Shown here one piece after another: positions 26,755 through 35,474 of a stretch of 41,596 nucleotides of DNA. The position numbers were made by a program, and so were the translations under genes. The notes under the pieces are model-generated. The model was not told where the DNA came from. It searched no databases and saw only the letters and a program-made list of their open reading frames with translations. The DNA comes from Fibrobacteria bacterium (lineage in GTDB: Bacteria; Fibrobacterota; Fibrobacteria; UBA11236), in NCBI GenBank assembly GCA_041746255.1, contig JBGTHM010000036.1:1-41596 (forward strand), given 5' to 3'. Numbering within the stretch: position 1 is the first letter of the stretch; each line of letters opens with the position of its first letter.

Positions 26755-27408
26755 CTAAAAGGAATAGAACAGGGCCGTTTCCACACTGGGTTGGAATTGG
26801 AAACTATAGTGCCAGTCTCCATCATCCATTCCCACATCGCTTGGCGCACTTCCGGTATAATAGGTCTGCCGCATCCTTCCATGCGCCGCATATCCGAACA
26901 TGAGATTAAAGTTCAGGTTCCAAAAGTGTAATTCCACTCCGGCGCCTCCGCCACCGAAAAGATTATGCGCGACTTCCTCTCTTTCATGGGTAGCCAGGAT
27001 TGTGCCCGAGAAATTGTAACGGGTTTCGAGTCTCCGCTCGAATTTAAAATTGTAATGGCCTCCATAATAGGCGAAAAAGTTGGTTCGCCCGGTACGATGG
27101 AGCGAGCGTAGTCCAAGTATGCCCAGGCTGCTGTTGAAGTCGGCGTTGTTTTCGTCGATGCGGCCGAGAGGCACAAATACGAGTTGGTAGCCGTTTCCGG
27201 TCGGGCGCCAATGCCGGTAGGTGAGACCATAACCGGAAATAAAGCCCGCAGCGATGCCCACATTGTAGGGCTTCAGAGTTCCCTGAGTGGCCTCAACCTG
27301 CGCTTCACCCTGGGCATCTTCCTGTGCGGTTTCTTGGGCGGAACTAGGAAGCGCAAAGATAAGGGCTGTGAAAGGTACCAGAGCTAGGCGAAATTTATAC
27401 ATGAACAT
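26755..27408 (-). CDS. Outer-membrane beta-barrel protein
   Basis: AGGAG RBS; signal peptide ending SSA-Q; 'GIAAGFISGYGLTYRHW', 'GGGAGVELHF', C-terminal 'LFYSF'. Confidence 0.72.
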   Translation of the reverse strand: MFMYKFRLALVPFTALIFALPSSAQETAQEDAQGEAQVEATQGTLKPYNVGIAAGFISGYGLTYRHWRPTGNGYQLVFVPLGRIDENNADFNSSLGILGLRSLHRTGRTNFFAYYGGHYNFKFERRLETRYNFSGTILATHEREEVAHNLFGGGGAGVELHFWNLNFNLMFGYAAHGRMRQTYYTGSAPSDVGMDDGDWHYSFQFQPSVETALFYSF

Positions 27409-27471
27409 GGCATGTCTCCTTGGAGTTTTTCTGCAAAGGTAGAAATTATGGCGCGCGAATCCGATATCCGT

Positions 27472-30288
27472 TCAATCCGAACGCAGTAATAAGGCTACCG
27501 GAAACCGATGTAAAATATCACACAGAGGTAACGTATCGGAACCGGGAAGCGTCGCTCCCGTCAATACATTCAACCAACCGCCGGCACTTTCCGGGAGGCG
27601 CAGCAAGGTATCTCCCCAGACATCCTTCCCCAGAGGAAGGGTTCCAGGTTTCACCACGTTTCCTAAGAATCGAGGCGCGATAGCTATGGCTTGATTTCCC
27701 CTTTCTCCGCGCGCAAAAGCGACGATGCTCTGCGCATATTGCCCCTCCGCCCGCAGGGCATGGTAGCCGCCCGGTGAGAAAAGATCCGGACGTTCTTTTC
27801 GTACCTGTAAGATTTTGTGGATAAGATAAATCTTGGCCATCCCATCTTTGAGGTTGTCCAGCAAATCGACCAACAGCGCCTCTCTTCCCGAAAGGTCTCT
27901 CCTTTCAATTTCCTCCAGGTATTTCGCGCGTTGGGTATAATCCACCGGCCGCCGGTTATCGGGGTCGACCAAACTTAAATCCCACAATTCGGTACCCTGG
28001 TAAAAATCGGGAATTCCCGGCGCAGTCAATTTGAGGAGAGTCTGCGAAAGCGAGTTGAAATACCCGTAAAAGCGAATCTTTTTTTGAAAGGGCAAGAAGG
28101 CTTTGAGAAACCCGCCCTCTGGTCCATTTTCCAATATGCTCTGGGCGAACGCGAGAAAATTCTCTTCGTATTCCAAGTCGGGCTTGAGCCAAGCGGTATG
28201 CACTTTGGCCTCTCTTACCGCTTTGACGAGATATGCGCGAATCCGGGGTAGGAATTCCTGTTGGTCTCCGGGCTGCAGGGGATAAGCACCCAGCAAGGTC
28301 TGATAGAGGAAATATTCGTCGTTTCGATCAGGCACAACGTTCTCTTCCACCACTTTCAAAAGAGAGGAATTTATTTCGTGCCACTTGTTCAGGTTTATTT
28401 CCCACTCTTCCGGAAACTCGGAGAGGACATTGATGCGCGCACGCAAATGCTCTCCCCTCTTCGTGTCGTGGGTCTGCGTAGCATTTAGCGTATGCGGCCA
28501 TATTTCCGCCCGCATTTCGTTAAGAGTATGGAATTCATCCAGGGTGATTCCGAATCGGCTCGGTTCGCCGCCCACTTCATTTAGCGAGAGTAAAGGATTG
28601 TAGACATAGAGCAGGGTGTCTTCGATTCCCTTGGCCATGAGCGGGCTGGTGAATTGCTGGAAGCGCATGGTGAAATATTGCGCGTATTGCTTTTCATCCT
28701 TGGAGAGGTGCGTTCCTTCACGTCCTAATATCATGGTTTCTATGAAGTCGATTTCTTTCGCCTGTATGGCAAGGCGTGCGCGCGCCCGACTGGTGGCCTG
28801 CCGGATGACGGTTTTATCTTCCTCGTCCGAGCGGCCGGGTCCGAAATAGGTGCGGTAAACGGGAAAATGCACGAGAATCTCTTCCAGGGCCCGCCTTAAA
28901 CCGAAAAGAGTGAAATCGCTTCCATAGCGGAATTTCCCCGCGAGGGCTTTCAGCTCGTGGGCCAGGTTTTCCAGCGACCCGGAAAGATCCTTTTCGATGA
29001 TTAGCCGCTTCTTTTCTTCTTCGAGCTTGGAATAGGAGGTTTCCAATCCGGTAAAGGTGCGGTATATGCGCATGAAATCATTGCGGCGGTCAGGACGGCA
29101 GAAAAGGCCGTTGACCCAATTCAAAAAGTCATATCCCGTGGTTCCTTGTATCGGCCAATCCGGGCGAAGCCTTTCGGAATGCTGCAAAATCTTCTCCACC
29201 ACGATAGAGGTGGAGGGCAGCGCGGCGCGCAGGGTATGCAGGTATTCGACCGGATCGTGGAGGCCATCGATATGATCGATGCGTAAACCGGTTATCTTCC
29301 CCTCCTCCAGCAGCTTAAAGGGAAGGGCATGCACGGTTTTGAAAACTTCGGGATCTTCCGCCCGCAGGGAAATCAGATCGTTGACCGCGAAAAATCGGCG
29401 ATAATTGATTTCCTCAGTTCCAACCTTCCAAAACGAAAGCCGGTAATGTTGTTCCGAGAGCAGTCCGGCCAGCCTATTGAAACTTTCCGGTATTCCTTTT
29501 TCCCCATTCAAGATGCGTATATTCTCGTCCACAAAAAGTTTGAAAACCGTATTGCAGGCGTACAATTCGGACAGCAGCGCTTTGACGAAGGGAATTTGAT
29601 CGTAGCGATCCGCCGGGTCTTCCCGGGTAGGCAGATTTTTAAGCACATAAAGCGCGCCCAGAAACTTGATGAAATCGGGATGGTCATGGCCCAGGCGCTT
29701 CCGCAATGTGGGGAGGTTGAAGGTGAGTATGGTGGCGTAGGATTCCAGCCTGACCGGCAAAACCAGTTCGTAATAGCGGAGCGAAAAGGCGCCTGCGGTA
29801 AACTCCAGAATTATTTCTCCGCTCTCGAGGCATTGGCCCAGGAACGCGCCTAAAAATGGGGCGAGAACCTTGCCCCGGAGATTCTCGTCGCGATGATTCC
29901 AATCGATATCGAAAAAATCGAGATAGCGGGAATCCGCGCCGTTCTCGAGAACGTCCATCAGCATGGAGTTCTGGGAATGGAAGGCCATGTGGTTGGGGAC
30001 GATGTCCTGCACCCAACCCATGTCGGCAGCCTTGACCGCCAGCGTCAACTCGTTGAATTCTTCAATGGTTCCCAGTTCGGGGTTAAGGGAGGTGGGGTCC
30101 ACCACGTCATAGCCATGGCTGCTGCCGCTGCGAGCGCGGGAGATAGGGGACGCATAGATATCGGTAATTCCCAAAGCGCTGAGATAGGGAATGATTTCAC
30201 GGGCATGCGCGAAGGTGAAATCCGCGGAAAATTGCAAACGGTAGGTGGATGACGGTATGCGATTCAAGGTAGAGGCCATGGGGTTCAT
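27472..30288 (-). CDS. treY: Malto-oligosyltrehalose synthase
   Basis: P.STYRLQF, GSSHGYDVVDP, DIVPNHM, FFDIDW, INYRRFF, GLRIDHIDGL.DP, VVEKIL, GTTGYDF, MAKG.EDT, THDTKRGE, PG.PD.YQG.E, SLVDPDNRRPVDY; ATG 30288 overlaps the treZ stop. Confidence 0.96.
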   Translation of the reverse strand: MNPMASTLNRIPSSTYRLQFSADFTFAHAREIIPYLSALGITDIYASPISRARSGSSHGYDVVDPTSLNPELGTIEEFNELTLAVKAADMGWVQDIVPNHMAFHSQNSMLMDVLENGADSRYLDFFDIDWNHRDENLRGKVLAPFLGAFLGQCLESGEIILEFTAGAFSLRYYELVLPVRLESYATILTFNLPTLRKRLGHDHPDFIKFLGALYVLKNLPTREDPADRYDQIPFVKALLSELYACNTVFKLFVDENIRILNGEKGIPESFNRLAGLLSEQHYRLSFWKVGTEEINYRRFFAVNDLISLRAEDPEVFKTVHALPFKLLEEGKITGLRIDHIDGLHDPVEYLHTLRAALPSTSIVVEKILQHSERLRPDWPIQGTTGYDFLNWVNGLFCRPDRRNDFMRIYRTFTGLETSYSKLEEEKKRLIIEKDLSGSLENLAHELKALAGKFRYGSDFTLFGLRRALEEILVHFPVYRTYFGPGRSDEEDKTVIRQATSRARARLAIQAKEIDFIETMILGREGTHLSKDEKQYAQYFTMRFQQFTSPLMAKGIEDTLLYVYNPLLSLNEVGGEPSRFGITLDEFHTLNEMRAEIWPHTLNATQTHDTKRGEHLRARINVLSEFPEEWEINLNKWHEINSSLLKVVEENVVPDRNDEYFLYQTLLGAYPLQPGDQQEFLPRIRAYLVKAVREAKVHTAWLKPDLEYEENFLAFAQSILENGPEGGFLKAFLPFQKKIRFYGYFNSLSQTLLKLTAPGIPDFYQGTELWDLSLVDPDNRRPVDYTQRAKYLEEIERRDLSGREALLVDLLDNLKDGMAKIYLIHKILQVRKERPDLFSPGGYHALRAEGQYAQSIVAFARGERGNQAIAIAPRFLGNVVKPGTLPLGKDVWGDTLLRLPESAGGWLNVLTGATLPGSDTLPLCDILHRFPVALLLRSD

Positions 30289-32123
30289 GAATTCTTTCTT
30301 CGGTAAAGTGCGAAGCGATAGGGGGGGAACGGCAGGGAGGCTGCCTTCGGCCAAGCATCGGGCAGCTCGTTAACTCCCGCGAAGACTTGGCTGCCGCTGT
30401 CCAGCACCCGGTTCCAAGCGTATGGGTCGCCTGTTCCGAACAATTGCTCCCTTGAAAGGCTTACAGTCTCAGCGGAAAAATTCAGCATCCCTTTCCAGGA
30501 TTCGCCCTCGTGGGTGCGCTCCCAGGTCAGCCATTTTTCGGTTTCGCTGAAACGCACCCGGTTTTCGCGGTGAGGGCGAACCGACAGCGCCGGATAATCT
30601 CGCCGCAATTTAAGCACGGTGCGGTAAAAGTTGAGCAAAGCAAGGTGCTCACCCTGCGAAGTCTTGTTCCAATCCAATCGGCATCGACTAAATGTCGCTT
30701 CACCCTGAGGATCGGGAACCTCCCCTTCCCAGGAAAAGCTCGCGAATTCATTCCGCCTTCCCGTACGCACGGCGGCGACCAACTGGGGGTCGGTGTGGCT
30801 GACGAAATATTGGAAGGGAGCCGTCTCTCCGAATTCCTCGCCCATGAACAAAAGCGGAAGGTAAGGCGATAGCAATACCGCACCCGCAACCAGCTTCAAG
30901 GCCTCGAAGGGTACCAGCGATGTTAACCTTTCGCCCAACATGCGATTTCCCACTTGATCGTGGTTCTGGGTGCATACGATGAAACGTTTTCCCGGAATAT
31001 CCCGGCTTGCCGTACCGACGCGTTTTTTCCTGTAGGGGGAATATTGTCCGGAATACACAAAAGGTTCGTTAAAGGCCTTGGCAAGTTGTTCCATCCGCCC
31101 GAAATCCTGGAAATAACCTTTATCCTCGCCGGTAATCAATGAGTGAACGCAATGGTGGAAATCGTCGCTCCACTGAGCATCAAGACCTAAACCCCCTTTG
31201 GTACGGGGAGTGATGGTGGAAATATCGTTTTCATCACTTTCGGCAATAAGGTAGAGAGGTCGATCGATCTGTTGCGCCAGATTCTCTACCTGCCCAGAAA
31301 GCTCCTCCAGAAAATGTTTCGGTCCCGAATCGAGGATGGCATGCACCGCATCAAGTCGCAGGGCGTCAATATGAAAGGTTTCCAACCAGAAGCGGGCATT
31401 TTTCAAAAAGAAATTTCGGAGGCCTTCCGAACCCACATCGTCGAAATTGAGGGCATCCCCCCAGTCGGTTTTGTGCTTTGCGGTAAAATAGGGCCCGAAA
31501 TCGCGAAGGTAATTTCCTTCGGGCCCCATATGGTTGTAGACCACGTCGAGAATCACGGCAAGGCCCCGAGCGTGACAGGCTTCCACTAATTTTTGTAGTC
31601 CCTCAGGTCCTCCATAGGTGTCTTGCACGGCAAAAGGATAGACACCATCGTAGCCCCAATTGCGGGAACCGGGAAATTGGGCAATCGGCATGATTTCCAC
31701 GGCCGTAATTCCCAAGGAAACCAAATGTTCCAATTTTTCGATTACGCCTTTAAAGTCACCTTGATCGGAGAAGGTCCCAACGTGCAATTCGTAGATGACG
31801 AAATCTTCCAGGTCGGGAGCCCGGTAGCCGCTATCGGCCCACTTAAACCGAAGATCGACCACTTGTGAAGGTCCGTGAACTCCTTGGGGCTGACTTCTGG
31901 AAGCGGGATCCGGTCGTTCGGGTTGATCGTCAATTGCAAAGGTATATAAGGCGCCCGCCGTCAGACCCTCCACCTCGATGCTCCAATAACCCTTATCGTG
32001 GGACTGCATGGGATACTCCCGCGCGTCCCGGCCTTTTATGCGGACCACCACCCTTCTGGATTGCGGAGCCCAAACCGTGAAACGACATATTTGTTCGCCC
32101 ATAAGGACAGCGCCTATAACCAT
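30285..32123 (-). CDS. treZ: Malto-oligosyltrehalose trehalohydrolase
   Basis: F.VWAP, PDPASR.QP.GVHGPS, IYELHVGTF, FPG.RNWGYDGV, DVVYNH.GPEGNYL, LRLDAVHAI, IAES, QWSDDFHH, QNHDQVGNR..GER. Confidence 0.96.
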   Translation of the reverse strand: MVIGAVLMGEQICRFTVWAPQSRRVVVRIKGRDAREYPMQSHDKGYWSIEVEGLTAGALYTFAIDDQPERPDPASRSQPQGVHGPSQVVDLRFKWADSGYRAPDLEDFVIYELHVGTFSDQGDFKGVIEKLEHLVSLGITAVEIMPIAQFPGSRNWGYDGVYPFAVQDTYGGPEGLQKLVEACHARGLAVILDVVYNHMGPEGNYLRDFGPYFTAKHKTDWGDALNFDDVGSEGLRNFFLKNARFWLETFHIDALRLDAVHAILDSGPKHFLEELSGQVENLAQQIDRPLYLIAESDENDISTITPRTKGGLGLDAQWSDDFHHCVHSLITGEDKGYFQDFGRMEQLAKAFNEPFVYSGQYSPYRKKRVGTASRDIPGKRFIVCTQNHDQVGNRMLGERLTSLVPFEALKLVAGAVLLSPYLPLLFMGEEFGETAPFQYFVSHTDPQLVAAVRTGRRNEFASFSWEGEVPDPQGEATFSRCRLDWNKTSQGEHLALLNFYRTVLKLRRDYPALSVRPHRENRVRFSETEKWLTWERTHEGESWKGMLNFSAETVSLSREQLFGTGDPYAWNRVLDSGSQVFAGVNELPDAWPKAASLPFPPYRFALYRRKNS

Positions 32124-32195
32124 ATGAGGATTTAATCTAAATATTGCATCGGCCGTCCGAAACTGGGAAAGGCAGCCGGCGATTCGGCGAGTAGG

Positions 32196-32471
32196 CTATT
32201 GCGGGAGTGATTTGAGGAGGCGTACGAGGCGGTACTCGCATTTTTTGACGAGCTGCAATTTCGTTTCGCTCGCCGAGTAGCCTTTACGTTCGAAGAAATT
32301 TTCTTTGCAGGCCGCGATGATATCCTCTATCTCTTCGGGCGGCAGCCAGTTGGAAAAAAAGCGGATCAACTCCTTCAAAGATGTGAAAGTATAGTTGTCG
32401 GAGCGACGTTCTTCGAGCTTCCAGTCCTGCCAGGACGTTCCGCCATCGGGGGTTAAAGTTCCGCTAATCAT
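32196..32471 (-). CDS. Small hypothetical protein (91 aa)
   Basis: ORF sits directly behind a near-consensus sigma70 promoter and an AGGA RBS; co-oriented with treZY. Confidence 0.6.
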   Translation of the reverse strand: MISGTLTPDGGTSWQDWKLEERRSDNYTFTSLKELIRFFSNWLPPEEIEDIIAACKENFFERKGYSASETKLQLVKKCEYRLVRLLKSLPQ

Positions 32472-32489
32472 ATTCGCTATCCTAAACCC

Positions 32490-32518
32490 AGTGTATACCA
32501 GGCATAGAGTAATGTCAA
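32490..32518 (-). promoter_or_regulatory. Sigma70-type promoter TTGACA-17-TACACT
   Basis: Minus strand reads TTGACA ttactctatgcctggta TACACT. Confidence 0.65.
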
Positions 32519-32567
32519 TTTGTCGGGTGGGTGGTTTCTACGCGTCTCCCTACAATTTCCTTCACAA

Positions 32568-32596
32568 TTGAAATACCCCTAAGGCAGGGTTATCTT
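32568..32596 (+). promoter_or_regulatory. Sigma70-type promoter TTGAAA-17-TATCTT, likely leaderless transcript
   Basis: TTGAAA tacccctaaggcagggt TATCTT, with ATG 8 nt later and no RBS. Confidence 0.55.
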
Positions 32597-32604
32597 CTAG
32601 GCGC

Positions 32605-34650
32605 ATGGACCACGCCACCTTTCTCTATGACATGGCCACCGTGATGGTGGTGGCCGGCTTAGTGACTATTCTCTTCCATCGATATCGCCAGCCCGTGGTT
32701 TTAGGCTACATCCTGGCCGGCGTGATTGTGGGTCCGCTGTCGCCCGTCCCTCTTATCCGTAACCAGGCGACCATCAATACCCTATCGGAGTTGGGGGTTA
32801 TTTTCCTGCTCTTTAGTTTGGGTTTGGAATTCAATCTTCGCAAATTACGCGATGTGGGCGCGACCTCCGCCATTGCCGCCACCCTCGAAATAGCCCTTCT
32901 GTTGGTGGGTGGGTATTGGCTTGGCCGCCTTTTTGGATGGAGCCCCATGAACAGTTTGTTTCTGGGAGCCATCATTTGCATTTCCTCGACCACCATAGCC
33001 GTTAAAGCCTTGTCTGAATTGGGCAAGAGCAAAGAGAAGTTCGCTCAGCTTATTTTCGGAATTCTGATTGTGGAGGATATCGGTGCGATAATCCTCATCG
33101 CCGTGCTTTCCGGTATCGCTCAGTCCGGTTCCCTGCAAACGGGTGAGGCCGCCTTGACAATCGGCAAATTAGCGGTATTCCTGGTGGTTTCCCTGGTTTT
33201 GGGTTTTATGATTGTTCCGCGCCTGGTCACCTATGTCGGGCGTTTCAAAAACGACGAGATGATGCTGGTTACGGTGTTGGCACTCTGCTTCGGCTACTCC
33301 TTCATCGCCTTGCGGCTCGGGTACAGCGTGGCTTTGGGCGCCTTTCTCATGGGCTTGCTGGTGGCTGAGTCGCGGGAAATCGGCCGGATCGAGATTCTCA
33401 TCCGGCCCGTGCGGGATATGTTCATCGCCATCTTTTTCGTTTCCGTGGGCCTTCTCATTCAACTCGAAACGCTCTCTGATTATGCCATCCCCATCCTGGT
33501 CATTTCTTTGGCTGTTATTCTCGGTAAAATCGCCACCATTGGGTTAGGGGTTTTCTTATCGGGTCATGATATGCGGACCGCCACCCGTTCCGGCATGGGC
33601 CTCGCGCAAATCGGGGAATTCTCCTTCATCATGGCTGGAATCGGATTAGCCCATGGAGTTACGGATTCTTTTCTTTATCCGGTGGCGGTTTCGGTTTCGG
33701 TCCTGACTACCATGGCGACTCCCTATCTGCTTAGGAGTGCCGATCCGGCTGTAGCTTTTATGGAAAGGGCTCTGCCGCGAACCTTGATGTCCTATCTCAA
33801 TCTTTATACCGGTTGGGTGCGGCAAATCCAGGCGGGTACGCAAAACAACCAGGTTAAAATAATCCTGCGACGGATATTCGGAAAGCTCGCCATCTTCGGT
33901 TTTCTCAACGCGGGAGCCCTTCTCATCGCGGCGTTTACCGCAAGGGTTCTGCCTATCGTGTTTCCAACTCTAGTGCCCTGGCGCAATTACCTCAATACCA
34001 CCCTTTGGTTCATCGCCATCTTGGTGTCTATGCCGCTTATACTGGCCACCTTCCGCAAACTCAAAGCCCTGGGCATGATCCTTTCCGAAATCGGAATACC
34101 CGAAGGGGTTCTCGGTTCCTATAAAGCGGAGCTGCGCGCCATTGTCGCGAATATAGTCCTGGTGGTCGGCATGGGTATCCTGGGAATCATCATATTTTTA
34201 ATGAGTTCCACCATACTACCCAACTTGATTATTCTACCGATACTAGGGGGGGCATTCCTGGTAATGGCTTATTTCCTAAGGGGCTCTTTCAATAAAATTT
34301 ATTTCCACGGGAAATCCACCTTGGCGGAAACTTTCAGCAAGAATTTATTGGACATACCGCCCGAAGCGGCGGATACTTTTACAGAGAGCGTACTGACTGC
34401 CGCGAACCTCGACTCGGTTCTGATTGAGCCGCAACACCCCTGCGCTGGAAGGCTGATTCGTGAGACGCAGCTGCGCCGAAAAACCGGCGCCAGCATTGTG
34501 GGAATCGAAAGGAACGGGGGAAATATTCTCAATCCCGGTCCTGACGAGGAGTTACTGCCAGGCGACCGGATATTGTTATTGGGAAGCGACCCCCAGCTTG
34601 AGTCTGCCCGTGCCTTCCTTCAGCAACCGGAGCCCCGGCTGATGGTTTGA
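32605..34650 (+). CDS. CPA2-family cation:proton antiporter with C-terminal TrkA-C (RCK-C) domain
   Basis: P.VLGYILAG..VGP, ELGVIFLLF.LGLEF, ISSTTI, GILIVED, ALGAFL.G, RD.F.AIFFVSVG, LAQIGEFSFI; 'LRRKTGASIVGIER...NP.P...L..GD'. Confidence 0.92.
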   Translation: MDHATFLYDMATVMVVAGLVTILFHRYRQPVVLGYILAGVIVGPLSPVPLIRNQATINTLSELGVIFLLFSLGLEFNLRKLRDVGATSAIAATLEIALLLVGGYWLGRLFGWSPMNSLFLGAIICISSTTIAVKALSELGKSKEKFAQLIFGILIVEDIGAIILIAVLSGIAQSGSLQTGEAALTIGKLAVFLVVSLVLGFMIVPRLVTYVGRFKNDEMMLVTVLALCFGYSFIALRLGYSVALGAFLMGLLVAESREIGRIEILIRPVRDMFIAIFFVSVGLLIQLETLSDYAIPILVISLAVILGKIATIGLGVFLSGHDMRTATRSGMGLAQIGEFSFIMAGIGLAHGVTDSFLYPVAVSVSVLTTMATPYLLRSADPAVAFMERALPRTLMSYLNLYTGWVRQIQAGTQNNQVKIILRRIFGKLAIFGFLNAGALLIAAFTARVLPIVFPTLVPWRNYLNTTLWFIAILVSMPLILATFRKLKALGMILSEIGIPEGVLGSYKAELRAIVANIVLVVGMGILGIIIFLMSSTILPNLIILPILGGAFLVMAYFLRGSFNKIYFHGKSTLAETFSKNLLDIPPEAADTFTESVLTAANLDSVLIEPQHPCAGRLIRETQLRRKTGASIVGIERNGGNILNPGPDEELLPGDRILLLGSDPQLESARAFLQQPEPRLMV

Positions 34651-34669
34651 GCCATCCGGGATTGCCTCG

Positions 34670-35386
34670 ATGACTCGCCCAGTTCGCGCTCTTCCCCTGG
34701 TTTCCTTTATCGTCCCGGTTTTGGGAGAAGGGAAAATCATAAACTCTTTTTTGGAGGATCTTTTCCGGCTAAATGAAATAGGCCGTTGCGAAGTCATTTT
34801 GGTGGATGGACATCCGGCCCGGACAACAGTATCGGCTTTGGATTCAAGCTGGTTGGCGAAAGTGGTAACTCTGGAGGCGGCGCGCGGAAGAAGCTTACAG
34901 ATGAACGTCGGAGCGGCGAGGGCTCGCGCTGCAATTCTGCTTTTCCTACACGCGGATACCCGTCTCCCCAGCGATACGGTGGGTCTGGTCAAGGCGGCGC
35001 TGGCGGAGCAAAAAATCGTCGGGGGCGCATTCGGTTTGGAAATCGATACGCGACTACCTGCACTCAAGAGTTTGGCCTGGCTTACCACCCACCGTTCCCG
35101 TATCTCACGCATACCTTACGGGGACCAGGCGATTTTCCTTCGCAAGCAAGTATTCGATCAGTTGGGCGGTTACGCTCCGATTCCGATCATGGAAGACGTG
35201 GATCTCATGCAACGTATTCGTAGGCGGAGGCTTCCGATAGTCATTTTGTCGGCCAAGTCGAAAACCTCGGCGCGTAGATGGGAGAAAGAAGGGGTAGTGC
35301 TGGGAACTTTGCGAAATCGCATGCTCATGCTCCTTTTTGGATTGGGAGTATCGGCCCAAAAACTCAGTAGCTGGTATCGTTCCTAG
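34670..35386 (+). CDS. GT2 glycosyltransferase, TIGR04283-type (arsenosugar-biosynthesis-associated family)
   Basis: S.IVPVL.E, EVILVDG, GR..QMN.GA, LLFLHADT.LP, PYGDQ.IF, PIMED, TSARRW. Confidence 0.88.
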   Translation: MTRPVRALPLVSFIVPVLGEGKIINSFLEDLFRLNEIGRCEVILVDGHPARTTVSALDSSWLAKVVTLEAARGRSLQMNVGAARARAAILLFLHADTRLPSDTVGLVKAALAEQKIVGGAFGLEIDTRLPALKSLAWLTTHRSRISRIPYGDQAIFLRKQVFDQLGGYAPIPIMEDVDLMQRIRRRRLPIVILSAKSKTSARRWEKEGVVLGTLRNRMLMLLFGLGVSAQKLSSWYRS

Positions 35387-35404
35387 CGTAGATCAAATAG
35401 GGCA

Positions 35405-35443
35405 AATGAAAAATCCTTTCTCGGAAATTTCCGGGAAAGGATT
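35405..35443 (-). terminator. Hairpin terminator between convergent GT and OmpA genes
   Basis: AATCCTTTCTCGGAA-AT-TTCCGGGAAAGGATT with a T-tract on the minus strand. Confidence 0.7.
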
Positions 35444-35474
35444 GGGGAGCCCTCATGGGCCTACGAAAGGGATT

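Noticed and set aside
30289..30354. Extended start of TreY
   Set aside because: It overlaps treZ; the ATGA coupling at 30285-30288 is the better start
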